Positions 40,711 through 54,113 of a stretch of 64,000 nt of DNA are shown piece after piece. This DNA comes from Eledone cirrhosa. Its lineage: Eukaryota. Under the pieces are notes generated by a model. The model did not search any database, had not been told where the DNA came from, and worked only from the letters and a program-made list of their open reading frames with translations. The first letter of the stretch is position 1; the number at the start of each line of letters is the position of its first letter. The translations under genes and the position numbers were made by a program. The stretch spans positions 342,612,001-342,676,000 of the forward strand of contig OZ024741.1 in the NCBI GenBank assembly GCA_964016885.1, read 5' to 3'.

Positions 40711-41944
40711 TTATATATGTATACACGCACATATATATATATATATATATACATACATATAAATGTATACACGCACATACATGTCTGTGTGTGCATGTAC
40801 GTGTGTCTGATGTGTATGTGTGTGTGTGTGTACATGTATGTGTATATGCTATATTCTACGTCTAGGTACATACACTACAAGCGAATGTATGCAACGAATG
40901 GTGCACACACACACACACACACACACAGTCACACACAGACACATGCACACATATACATACATACTCACTCATATACTTGTACATATATATACACACATTA
41001 ATGTCTACGTGTTTACCTTTGTGTGTACATAAGTATGTTGTCTGAATGTGCGTGTATATGTGCAGGTGTGCATCATATGTGCATTAATGCTTCTATATGT
41101 GTGTATGTATGTATGTATATATTATGTAAGTAAGTATGTATGTATGTGTGTATGTATGTATGTATGTATGTATATATTATGTAAGTAAGTATGTATGTAT
41201 GTGTGTATGTATGTATGTATATATTATGTAAGTAAGTATGTATGTATGTGTGTATGTATGTATGAATATATGTGTGTATGTATGCATATATTATGTAAGT
41301 AAGTGTGTATGTATGTATATATGTGTGTATGTATGCATATATTATGTAAGTAAGTGTGTATGTATGTGTCTATGTATGAATAAATGTATATATGTGTGTA
41401 TGTATGTACGTACGTATGTATGTATGTATTATGTATGTATCTATAATATACGTATGTATATATGTATTATGTATGAGTTTGTATGTATGTGTGTATGTGT
41501 GTATGTATATGTGTATGTATGTATGTATGTACGTACGTACGTACGTGCGTATGTATGTATTTATGTATATATATGTATGTATGTATCTATGTATTATGTA
41601 TGTATGCATGTGTGTATGTATGTATGCGTATATGTATGCATATATTTATGTATGTATATATTTATGTATGTATGTATTATATGTGTATGTATATATATAC
41701 ATATATATGTATTATGTATGTATGCATGTGTGTATGTGTGTATGTATGTACGTATGCATGTGTGTATGTATGTATGTGTGTGTATGTATGTATGTATGTC
41801 ATTCTGTTTCATGATGTGTGTGTCTATGTGTGTATGTATGTATGTATGTGTGTGTGTCTATATGTGTATGTGAGCCGATGTGTATGTGTGCATTATAAAT
41901 ACTTTCATCGATGCTTCTTTGTGTAAGTGTGTCTGTTTGAAGCA

Positions 41945-42005
<61 letters not shown>

Positions 42006-42349
42006 TGCGTGTGTGCATGTGTGTATGTGTGTGTATGTGTATATGTGTGTGCATGGGTGTGCATGTGTTTATGTATGTGCATGTGTGTATAAATATGTAC
42101 ATCTATGCTTCTTTGTGTATACTTGTTTCATAAAGTGTGTGTCTGTGTGTGTGTGCGCGTGGGTGTCTGCATGTGTTTGTGTGTGTGTGTGTGTTAGTCT
42201 CTGTGTGTATGTATGGGTGAGTGTGTGTATGTGTGCAAATGTGCATTGTAAACATGTGTTAGTCTGTATGTCTGAAAATGTGCATTTTAGACATGTGCAT
42301 CTACGCTTCTTTGTGTCAGTATGTCTGTATTCATGAAGTGTATGTGTGT

Positions 42350-43750
42350 GTATATGTGCCTGTGTATATGTGAGTGTGTATGTGTGCCTGTGTATATGTG
42401 AGTGTGTATGTGTGCCTCTATGTGTGCCTGTGTGTGTGTGTGTATGTGTATGTGTGCCTGTGTATGTGGGTCTCTCTATGTGTGTCTGTGTATGTGCGCC
42501 TGTGTATGTGTGTCTCTCTATGTGCGCCTGTGTATGTGTGTCTCTCTATGTGCGCCTGTGTATGTGTGTCTCTCTATGTGTGCCTGTGTATGTGTGTCTG
42601 TGTATGTGTGTCTCTCTATGTGTGTCTCTGTATGTGTGTCTCTCTATGTGCGCCTGTGTATGTGTGTCTCTCTATGTGCGCCTGTGTATGTGTGTCTCTC
42701 TATGTGCGCCTGTGTATGTGTGTCTCTCTATGTGCGCCTGTGTATGTGTGTCTCTCTATGTGCGCCTGTGTATGTGTGTCTCTCTATGTGCGCCTGTGTA
42801 TGTGTGTCTCTCTATGTGCGCCTGTGTATGTGTGTCTCTCTATGTGTGCCTGTGTATGTGTGTCTCTGTATGTGTGTCTCTCTATGTGTGCCTGTGTATG
42901 TGTGTCTGTGTATGTGTGTCTGTGTATGTGTGTCTCTGTATGTGTGTCTCTCTCTATGTGCGCCTGTGTATGTGTGTCTCTCTATGTGTGTCTGTGTATG
43001 TGTGTCTCTCTATATGCGCCTGTGTATGTGTGTCTCTCTATGTGTGCCTGTGTATGTGTGTCTGTGTATGTGTGTCTCTCTATGTGTGTCTCTGTATGTG
43101 TGTCTCTCTATGTGTGCCTGTGTATGTGTGTCTGTGTATGTGTGTCTGTGTATGTGTGTCTCTGTATGTGTGTCTCTCTATGTGTGCCTGTGTATGTGTG
43201 TCTCTCTATGTGTGTCTCTGTATGTGTGTCTATCTCTATGTGTGCCTGTGTATGAGTGTCTCTCTATGTGTGTCTCTGTATGTGTGTCTCTCTCTATGTG
43301 TGCCTGTGTATGTGTGTCTGTGTATGTGTGTCTCTGTATGTGTGTCTCTCTCTATGTGTGCCTGTGTATGTGTGTCTCTCTATGTGTGTCTCTGTATGTG
43401 TGTCTCTCTCTATGTGTGCCTGTGTATGTGTGTCTGTGTATGTGTGTCTGTGTATGTGTGTCTCTGTATGTGTGTCTCTCTCTATGTGTGCCTGTGTATG
43501 TGTGTCTCTCTATGTGTGTCTCTGTATGTGTGTCTCTCTCTATGTGTGCCTGTGTATGTGTGTCTGTGTATGTGTTTCTGTGTATGTGTGTCTCTCTATG
43601 TGTGCTTGTGTACGTGTGCCTGTGTACGTGTGCCTGTGTATGTGTGTCTGTGTATGTGTGCCCGTGTATGTGTGCCCGTGTATGTGTGCTTGTATATGTG
43701 TACCTCTGTATGTGTGTCTGTGTATGTGTACCTGTGTATGTGTACCTGTG
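42350..43750. repeat. Complex TG-derived minisatellite (28-bp core unit plus 12/14-bp subunits)
   Basis: TGTGCGCCTGTGTATGTGTGTCTCTCTA repeated. Confidence 0.92.
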
Positions 43751-44102
43751 CTTCTATATATGTGTGTGTTTGTGAGTTCGTGAGTTTACCCGTGTATGTA
43801 TATGTGTATGCGTGAGTGTTAAAAACGTTCATACTATATAAGTGTGTTTCTGTGTCTTTAAGTCTACATGTTTAACGTATATGTGTCTGTATTTTATTAG
43901 TGTGGCTGTTTCAGGAAGTATATATGTGAGTCTGTATAATGTATGTGTATGTGTATTTATATGTCTATATGTGTAAGGTTGAGTCTGCGTACAGGCTATG
44001 TTGTATTGTGTTATGTATATATGTACGTCTGCTTTTAATGTAATTGTATAAATGTTTGTAAGTGTGTGTATGTGCCACTATATATATATATATATATATA
44101 TG

Positions 44103-44177
44103 CCGGGTGTCTCCCAAAAATATATACACACTTCAACAGCATTCTAATAAATATATGTATACATTTTTTGGGACAAC

Positions 44178-44180
<3 letters not shown>
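44103..44180. mobile_element. Tiny Tc1/mariner-type MITE; second copy at 44465-44538
   Basis: Imperfect TIRs resembling CAGGGTGTCCCAAAA / TTTTGGGACACCCTG, TA context, and a shared core cttcaacagcattctaataaatat. Confidence 0.7.
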
Positions 44181-44246
<66 letters not shown>

Positions 44247-44249
44247 TAT

Positions 44250-44293
<44 letters not shown>

Positions 44294-44554
44294 CTATACA
44301 ATATATTAATAAATAGAAACTATATTTACAAAACCATATTTATTTATTATACATATTTCAAGGGCAACCAAAGCAAATTATGTTGAGTGCTTTATATCAG
44401 TTATAAACATTTTTAAGCTTGTTGAATCCCAACAAATTAAATATAACCTCTGCATATATATATATAGGGTTTCCCAAATGTATATACCCTTCAACAGCAT
44501 TCTAATAAATATGTGCATACATTTTTTGGGACACCCTGTACACACACGCATACA

Positions 44555-44669
<115 letters not shown>

Positions 44670-44873
44670 TTATATATATATATACACATATACGCACGTG
44701 TCTATGCAAGCTTCAGTATGGGTGTGCATAGTAGTTTGTATGTATATGTGTGACTATGGACATGTATGTAGAAATGTGCTTTGGCTTATCTCGACTGTAT
44801 GTCAGTCGGTGCGTATGTATGTATGTATGTATGTATGTATGTATGTATGTATGTATGTATGTATGTATGTATG

Positions 44874-44932
<59 letters not shown>

Positions 44933-44936
44933 GTAT

Positions 44937-45263
44937 GTTCTTCTTTTTGCACTTGTTCTTCTTTTTGGTAAATATCATCTTGGTTAAGAGAGTGGGACTG
45001 GCTTTGTGCAGTGCCTTTGCTCACTATAAAAGCTTCACGGCACAGGCATTGCTTTATATCTGGAGATCTCTCTGCACTTGTCGTCACATGGTTCCATGGG
45101 CCCAGCACTATGTGTCAATAATTGTCACAGGTGTAGTGTTTGTACCAGAGTTTTCAAGTCGCTGGCTGGACTAAAAAGTCACACTCGTTCAGCGCATCAG
45201 TAGGGGTTCTCCTACATGGATATAAAGTAGTGGCCGTACTCGAAAACGAGTTGGCAGCCACCA
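44937..45263 (+). mobile_element. Insert in (TATG)n ending GCAGCCACCA
   Basis: Unique-sequence island between TATG tracts, homologous to 12235-12441 and 32248-32290. Confidence 0.7.
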
Positions 45264-46195
45264 TGTAAGTATGTATGTAAGTATGTATGAATGTATGTAT
45301 GTATGTATGTATGTATGTATGTATGTATGTATGTATGTATGTATGTATGTATGTATGTATGTATGTATGTATGTATGTGTTATCTCTTTCTCTTAATTTC
45401 GAGTATATTTTTTTCACCGGCCACCTATGTATGTATGTATGTATGTATGTATGTATGTATGTATGTATGTATGTATGTATGTATGTATGTATGTATGCAT
45501 GTATGTATGTATGAATGTACGTATGTAAGTGGGTCGGTAGGTATGTATATATGCATGCATGTATGTAAGTATGTACATATGTATGTAAATATTTATATGT
45601 AGGTATATGCTTGTAAATGTGTGTGTTCACGTGTCTGCGTCTTTAAGTGCAATTGAGCGCGAATGTGTATTTGTCTACCTTTGTGTGTGTGTGTTCGAGT
45701 GTGTATGTCTGTGTGTGTGTACATGCCTGTGCGCGTGTATGCTCTTGTATGTGTGCAGGTGTGTGCATAGGTGTGCTTATGTATCATTACTTGAGTCCGA
45801 ATGTATGTGTATGTCCCCAATCACACGTGTGCTTTGAATATACATATGTGCATCCGTCTGTATGTATGCTTGCTGTATGTATGTATGTATATGTGTATGT
45901 ATATGTGTATGTATGTATATGTGTGTCTATGTATGTATGTATATATGTATGTATGTATGTATGTATATATGTATGTATGCATGTATGTGTCTATGTATGT
46001 ATGTATTTATGTATGTATGTAAGTATGCATGTATGTCTGATTGTATGTATGTATGTATGTAAGTAAGTATGTATGTATGTGTCTATGTATGTATGTATGA
46101 GTCTATGTATGTATGTATGTATGTATGAATGTATGTATGTATGTATGTATGTATGTAAGTATGCATGTATGTCTGATTGTATGTATGTATGTAAG

Positions 46196-46226
<31 letters not shown>

Positions 46227-46358
46227 GTATGTATGTATGTGTCTATGTATGTATGTATGAGTCTATGTATGTATGTATGTATGAATGTATGTATGTATAT
46301 ATGTTTGATTGTATGTATGTAAGTTTTTGTGAATATATGTTTGATTGTATGCGCATAC

Positions 46359-46406
<48 letters not shown>

Positions 46407-46952
46407 GTACGACTCTATATATCGGCTGACGTGCCTCTGTAATGATATTAAGTCAGTACGCTTGTGTGTATAAACCTGTCTTTGCATATCTCTGCATATC
46501 AGACGCTGTATATATATGTATATATGTATATATGTATATGTGTATATATGTATATGTGTATATATGTATATATGTATAAGTGTCTGTGTTAATATATGGG
46601 CATGCTTATATATTAAAGCATGTATGCACTTCTGTTATTTATTGTATATATGTATGTATGAATGTATATATATATGTATATATGTTATATATATATATAC
46701 ATGTATATAAATATATATATATATATGTGTGTGTGTGTATGTATGAATATATATATATATATGTATGTATGAATATATATATATGTATATATATAAATAC
46801 ACACACACACACATATATATATAATATACATATGTATGCGTGTGTGTGTCTCTGTGTGAGTGTGTGTTTTACATGCTAACATATATGCGTGCGTGTTTTG
46901 ATAACATAACTTGCATGGAAGTACGTATGTATGCATATATGTATGTATGTAT

Positions 46953-47090
<138 letters not shown>

Positions 47091-47519
47091 ACATATATAT
47101 ATATATGTTTGGGCGTGTGCTGGCATATGGGATGAATACGTGTTAAACTGAATATGATGTAAAAAGAGACTAACGAGGAAAAAGAATGAATAGATAGATT
47201 GATAGATAGAGAGAGAGATTGAAATAGAAATATAAGGTGAGACGAGGGGGAGTGAACAGTGGACATAGTAGGAGAGGTAGAGAGAGATAGGGTGGGGTAG
47301 AGAGGAAGAGGGAGACAAGGGGTTTCCAGACAGACTGAAGGCGTCAATTACAGAGGATCAGAGAGAGAGAGAGAGAAAGAGAGAGGCAGTGTGATGGAGT
47401 AAGAGAGAGAGAGAGTGAGGGAGAGAGAGTGAGGGAGAGAGAGTGAGGGAGAGAGAGAGAGAGTGTGAATGAAATAGAGAGAGAGAATACAAATAGGAAA
47501 AAGAGAAAAATGAAGAGAA

Positions 47520-47698
47520 ATAATTGTTTCTACTTTAGGCACAAGGCCAGCAATTTCCCAGTGTATTACTGGTACTTTATTTTATCGACCCAGTAAGGAT
47601 GAAAGGCAAAGTTAACCTCGGCGGGATTTGAACTCAGATCGTAAAGGGACGTAACTACGCTGGACAGCATGGAGTCCGACCCTCTACCGATACTGCCG
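47520..47698 (+). mobile_element. SINE-like dispersed repeat copy
   Basis: Full match to the family consensus. Confidence 0.85.
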
Positions 47699-47783
47699 AG
47701 AAATAATGGCACACATACATATAGTTACACACACAAACATACTTATATATGTATATATTCATATTTATACAAACATAGATATT

Positions 47784-47873
<90 letters not shown>

Positions 47874-47925
47874 GGTGTGGCCACCTAAGATCTTTCTTTC
47901 CCTTATTACGAAGCATTTTCCCCCT

Positions 47926-48005
<80 letters not shown>

Positions 48006-48096
48006 ATATATATATATATGTATATTTATATATATATATGTGAATGTATATAGATATATATATACATGTTTATTTATATATATATATACATATTCA

Positions 48097-48165
<69 letters not shown>

Positions 48166-48314
48166 ATACATATATATATACATGTTTATATATATATACA
48201 TATATATACACGTTTATAAATATAGATATAAACATATACATATGTGTATGCATATATATGTATATATATGCATGTATATATATATATATATGTTTGTGTG
48301 TATATATACATATA

Positions 48315-48401
<87 letters not shown>

Positions 48402-48492
48402 CATATATACATATATATATATATATATTTATATGTATATATACACACAAACATATATATATATTTTCTACCATTCTCACATACACACATAC

Positions 48493-48534
<42 letters not shown>

Positions 48535-48840
48535 GTATGTGTGTATGTGAGAATGGTGGAAAAGTGAGGAAAGTCTTTGACGAGAATAACGCGAAGAGAT
48601 AGACTGAGAGGGACAGCTCTCAATTCTCAGCTCTCAGATGTCAGACGTATACTAAGAGAACTAGAGTCCAAGAGACAAACTGACAGAAATTAGTATCGAC
48701 AGACAGTGTTGTACATGGGATAGACAGACACGGATGGAGAATCGATATATATATATATATATAAGTATGATTGTCTCGATGTGTGTGGGTGTATATATAT
48801 ATATATATATATATTAATATATATGCACGCATATATATTT

Positions 48841-48875
48841 TCGTCTGAAGAAGGGCTTATGCCCGAAACGTCGTT
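48841..48875 (+). ncRNA. Minimal HHR core in a PLE-like terminus
   Basis: CUGAAGA-AGGGC-UUAU-GCCC-GAAAC-GUC. Stem I is not convincingly paired. AATAAA and (TA)n lie downstream. Confidence 0.55.
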
Positions 48876-48960
48876 CCCCACCACCACCCCACTCTCAAGA
48901 GCGTGAAACTAATAAACCTTTGTTTGTACTGCCTCTCTCTTTTGTGCCCGTTCCATTTTT

Positions 48961-49082
<122 letters not shown>

Positions 49083-49146
49083 GTATAAGATAGTGAGGTT
49101 TTTTTACAAAATGAAAAAAAAAACGAGGTGTCCTACACGAGTGAAA

Positions 49147-49335
49147 GTATAAGGAAAATAGATGAAATCCAAAATGCAACTGGAGTCTTTTTTTCTCGCG
49201 AAGAACCGCAAACCCTCCATCTGAATTCTACTTTTGAAAAGCACAAGAACTGCGAAACCGGTAAAGGAACCTAATAAATATATTTAAAAAAAAAAGACTC
49301 CAGTTGCATTTTCGATTTCATCTTTTTCCCTTATA
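49147..49335. repeat. ~48-bp inverted repeat with ~90-bp spacer between (TA)n tracts
   Basis: tataaggaaaatagatgaaatccaaaatgcaactggagtcttttttt pairs with aaaaaaagactccagttgcattttcgatttcatctttttcccttata. Confidence 0.8.
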
Positions 49336-49353
49336 TATATATATATATATGTG

Positions 49354-49403
<50 letters not shown>

Positions 49404-49534
49404 GATAAATCTACCAAGAGTTTACGGTAGTGTCCAATCCGTATGAAGAACTCAATGTATTCCGGATATCATGGAAAGAAGAGATGTAATGAAAATCCAA
49501 TTTCGGTGAAAGATAAACGGTATACAGAGTCAAG

Positions 49535-49706
49535 ATAAAATATTAAACAAATAATGAACAAACAATTCCTTATATTAAACAAAAAAAGTTCACTATTTAA
49601 CGATCGTATGCATACCAATTATAACACATATATACCCTAGAAACGATCGTTAAATAGTGAACTTTTTTTGTTTAATATAAGGAATTGTTTGTTCATTATT
49701 TGTTTA

Positions 49707-49715
<9 letters not shown>
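49535..49715. repeat. Perfect ~72-bp inverted repeat (fold-back) with an HHR 3' half
   Basis: ataaaatattaaac...ctatttaacgatcgt pairs with acgatcgttaaatag...gtttaatattttat. Contains GAAAC-GAUC-GUU. Confidence 0.9.
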
Positions 49716-49782
<67 letters not shown>

Positions 49783-49867
49783 GGAGGTGAGTTTTATTGT
49801 AGCACAATAAAGCAATGCAAATATCGAATAAGTAGCACTCAACAGTTTATAGGACTGGAGTATAAAT

Positions 49868-50149
49868 AATATAAAATCAAAAGATGGTTAAAAGAGTTCC
49901 ATGTATTTTATTATGTGCATTTCAAAAACAAATATCATTATGGGATGATATTTGCGTTCTCATCAGATAAAATAGGGAGACATGATATGAAGCTTAAAAA
50001 ACACTTCACTGCTCGCAGGTGTTTTTTAAGCACCATATCATGTCTCCCTATTTTATCTGATGAGAACGCAAATATCATCACATGAGGATATTTGTTTTTG
50101 AAAATCGCATAATAAAATACATGGAACTCTTTTAACCATCTTTTCATTT

Positions 50150-50155
<6 letters not shown>
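49868..50155. repeat. ~290-bp palindrome with two divergently oriented HHRs
   Basis: Arms are about 138 bp. HHR on + at 50050-50118 (AUUUUAU-CUGAUGA...GAAA..AUA-AUAAAAU) and its mirror on - at 49905-49973. Confidence 0.9.
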
Positions 50156-50206
<51 letters not shown>

Positions 50207-50212
50207 AGAAAC

Positions 50213-50305
<93 letters not shown>

Positions 50306-50656
50306 TATATACATATATATATACATATATATATATACATATATACAAATACATATCTATTTATATCTGTATATATATATGTGCGTTTGAATGCATATGA
50401 ATATGTATGTAATATATATCTATGTATCTATATATATTTAAATGTAAGTATGTATACGTACATACATATATGTATAAAGACGCACAGTAGTATGTATATA
50501 CATACATACAGGCACACAAATATATATATATGTACGCATGGGTTTACCGAACATTTATTATAATGCTCGGTTTGTTTGTAAACAAACAGCCTGAATTATT
50601 AGCCGTACAGTGTTCGGCAACCATCGCTGCCCTATTTGTTCAACACTGACAAAGGA

Positions 50657-50699
50657 ACGATGAACTAGTTTCTAACTTATTAGCTGTCATCAGCACCGT
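50657..50699 (-). ncRNA. Type-I hammerhead ribozyme (mirror copy)
   Basis: Reverse complement of 51419-51461 with one stem II change. Confidence 0.8.
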
Positions 50700-50923
50700 A
50701 TACCTTCCTGTCAGTTGATTGAACGTTTGAAATTATATACTTTCCTAATGCATATTAACGGCTGAGCAGCCTAATTTGCATATCGAGTGAGTTAGTCGGC
50801 CGAGCGTACCGAAAACGATAAATGGAAAAAATGAAATTTCATTTATCATTCTTAGTACGGCTGATACTTAAATGTATGTATGTATACGGACATACTTATA
50901 TGTATACAGACGTAGAGTAGTAT

Positions 50924-51019
<96 letters not shown>

Positions 51020-51418
51020 GTACGCTTGGGCTTACCGAACATTTATTATAATGCTCGGTTTGTTTGTAAACAAACAGCCCGAATTATCATTGTTTACATT
51101 ATTTGTTTACAAACAAACCGAGCATTATAATAAATGTTCGGTAAACCCATACGTACATATATATATGTGTGTGCATGTATGTATATATATATACATACTA
51201 CTGTACGTCTGTATACATATATGTATGTACGTATACATACTTACATTTAAGTATCAGCCGTACTAAGAATGAGAAATAAAATTTCATTTTTTCCATTTAT
51301 CGTTTTCGGTACGCTCGGCCGACTAACTCACTCGATATGCAAATTAGGCTGCTAAGCCGTTAATATGCATAAGGAAAGTATATACTTTCAAACGTTCAAT
51401 CAACTGACAGGAAGGTAT

Positions 51419-51461
51419 ACGGTGCTGATGACAGCTAATAAGCTAGAAACTAGTTCATCGT
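51419..51461 (+). ncRNA. Type-I hammerhead ribozyme
   Basis: ACGGUG-CUGAUGA-CAGCUAAUAAGCUA-GAAA-CUAG-UU-CAUCGU, with palindromic stem III AACUAGUU. Confidence 0.85.
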
Positions 51462-52737
51462 TCCTTTGTCAGTGTTGAACAAATAGGGCAGCGATGGTTG
51501 CCGAACACTGTACTGCTAATAATTCGGGCTGTTTGTTTACAAACAAACCGAGCATTATAATAAATGTTCGGTAAACCCATGCGTACATGTGTGCATGTAT
51601 GTGTGTATATACATACGACTGTGCGTCTGTATACATCCTAAACGGACGGTAGTCCGTTTAGTAATATTGTTGTGGTCGTGTTTTCGTTGGCATTCGTCTG
51701 TTTATGACAGTACAGCGCGGCTCTACTTTATTTAACTGAGATAAAACTTATATGAGCATGAACAGTAGATCATTACGCATCTTTTGGCTTAAAAATCTAG
51801 TTATTTGGTCCAGCGGGAAAAAGTTTATAATCAAAGTTTGCTGATAAATCTTGTGTTCAAGTGAGTGAGTAGTAAGCGTGACCCTAGGGGAGGTAATCCA
51901 GAAATGACGTATTTTTTTTGCGGAACTCTTATGATTGTGATTACGTTAGTCAAATGTAGTCAAATCGCAGAATCCCCTCCTCCTAATTGACTACGTCATT
52001 TCTGAACGGCCCTACTTGCGTCAGTGTGAAACATTACTTCACTTTTCACTGCTAAAATGCTTTTTAAATACTTCGTTAAAAATTTATGTTTATTATCAAA
52101 GCTATTTTTTGTACCAATCTATCAATAGTTTGCGAAAATATAGGTAAACATGTGAGTTAAATTCTTTTTAATCGCATCGATCGCTTTGTCGCACCGACTG
52201 TGACACTGTCTGACTGTCTGTCTGACTGGCACCTTTGTCGGACCGACACCTTTGTTCAAGCGGACAACTTTGTGTCACTGACACCTTTGTTCGTGCCGGC
52301 ATCTCTGCGAAACACCAATGACAACAACCAGACCAAAATTTCACTTCATTCTTCATTCTTCTTCAAGACCGATCGCCAACCGATCGTATCGGTTGCTCTT
52401 CATATATCAGGTATTCAACAGATAGTTTGCACTTCTAGTATTATTAACAGTCGTGCGATTTTTTGTACCGATAGGTGCGAATAGTGCGCAATATTTTCTG
52501 AGATTTGCATCCGCTAATTTCGCTTAATTAAAAATGATGTTTCGCGGCTTTTTGATCGGCTTATTCATTTTTTCCATGGCACGGAAATGGAGTATTTCCA
52601 TTTCGAATCAAAACTTTTCACTAAAATCGGGCAATTGGACTGATCAAATTCACATTCATGCCAGTTTTTACAAATCCAGAAGGTATAAAAATATTAATTC
52701 AAATGTATTTACTTATCATACCAACAAAAATACTTAG

Positions 52738-53298
52738 ATATTTTGTATACCTGGGGCCCGTCAGGGCCAGGTAATGTTAATCGCCAACATTGTTATCTGT
52801 TGTCCTTTTGTGAAAGTATTGGTGGTTCATGTCGGCTCTAATGATCTGAATCCTCGTCGCACCGTTGGCACTACAAAGCTGTGCAAAGTAATACAATAAT
52901 TTTTGCGCAAGTATTTTTTATTAATCATTTATTTGTAAATTAAGGACAAAGTGCCCATTCGAGGCATAAAACCGGAAAAACAGGGGAAGAGTCTCTTTGC
53001 AAGGCTACAGAAAATAGCGGAAAAGCACCACTGTACACCCATTTTCTACAGTGGTGTCATTCCACGTCCACAAAGTGTAATTGAAAATAAAAATGACTTG
53101 GGCAAGAGAAATTCTCGTTTGGAAAAGTTTAATTACTGCATGAAAGAAATGATTCAAAAATTGAACTTGCCCAATCTTCACAACATTGAAAATTGGTCAA
53201 AATTTGACAAATCTGACTTCAAACCAGATATAATTCATTTGAACAATGTTGGAAATCTTAAATTGACACAAATTTTTGCCAATGTTTTTGCCACCTGA
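52738..53298 (+). pseudogene. SGNH/GDSL-hydrolase (esterase) domain gene, intron-interrupted, N-terminus degraded
   Basis: IFCIPGA (block II), VLVVHVGSNDL (block III GxND), SGVIPR, KPDIIHLN (block V DxxH). Putative phase-0 intron 52888-52944 (GT..AG, contains the in-frame stop). AATAAA near 53336. Confidence 0.75.
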
Positions 53299-53478
53299 TC
53301 TTTGTTCTATGGCTGACTGACTAATTTTGTGACTTAATAAAATGTCATCATACTAGTAATGCACAATGGTCATTTTTAAATTTAAATTTTATTAAATAGT
53401 TGTTGCTTGCATTGCCTTAAAATAGTAACAAGAATGTACACATACTTTTTAAAAATACATCATTATCAATCAAATCAG

Positions 53479-53840
53479 TCAAATGTCACTAAAAGCCAGG
53501 TGGTCGATAACAACTTCTATAAGATTAGTTACATGCTCACACATTGGATCACCTCTCATCAATGGCATTGGGTGTCTGAGATAATCGTGGAGATAACTGA
53601 TGAAGTCACAAATGAAGTGATGGTCTTCCAGTGTGAACAACTCCCTATATCCATTGATATATGTGATGGCTTCCGATTCATAGGTGCATTTTATGAGGAA
53701 TTCCATGCGTTCCGATTTTCAGTGATTCAATGGGCATTTTATCAGAGATGATAAGGTATTTGACCACGTTTTGCTTTGTAAGTAAATTGGAGAGAATCAC
53801 TGCAGTCAAAGTCATTTCTTTGCATGGGTTTTTGTCCATT
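53479..53840 (-). pseudogene. Unknown small protein exon, convergent with the SGNH gene
   Basis: MDKNPCKEMTLTAVILSN...KIGTHG, then a frameshift, then IKCTYESEAITY...VVIDHLAFSDI. Preceded by a 43-nt GTAAG...TTTTTAG intron-like segment (53883-53841). Minus-strand AATAAA near 53390. Confidence 0.45.
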
Positions 53841-54113
53841 CTAAAAAGTTAAAATGATAAAGTATTACTACTATATAACTTACATCTATTGTTGTAACAC
53901 CATTGAAATGCACAAGTTTCACCAATTCACTATTATGCACTAATCATCTCAAATGCAATCATGATTTACTAGCTTTGTCATTAAGCCAGTTGCCTCAACT
54001 AGATTGCAATTATACTCAAAAGAACTTTAAAATGTCAATCACTTGTCAGTAATTCACTATGATCATTTAATTATTAGATAGTTGTTGCTTGCATTGCCTT
54101 GAAAAATAGTAGA

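Larger units (their letters stand above)
50430..51636. mobile_element. 1.2-kb palindrome of ~430-490-nt HHR-containing tandem units (retrozyme/PLE-like)
   Basis: The unit repeats at 50532/51020 and in mirror form at 51147/51576, with the symmetry centre near 51080. The unit resumes at 55210-55290. Confidence 0.9.

Noticed and set aside
42346-43815. 489-aa Cys/Val-rich ORF (metallothionein/keratin-like appearance)
   Set aside because: Open in all three + frames because the TG minisatellite lacks stop codons; no unique sequence.
52534-52737. 67-aa ORF as intact first exon of the SGNH gene
   Set aside because: FLIG...SMAR hints at a decayed GDS block, but there is no clean GDS motif, and the GT at 52683 does not join this frame to IFCIPGA. 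Treated as degraded and uncertain.
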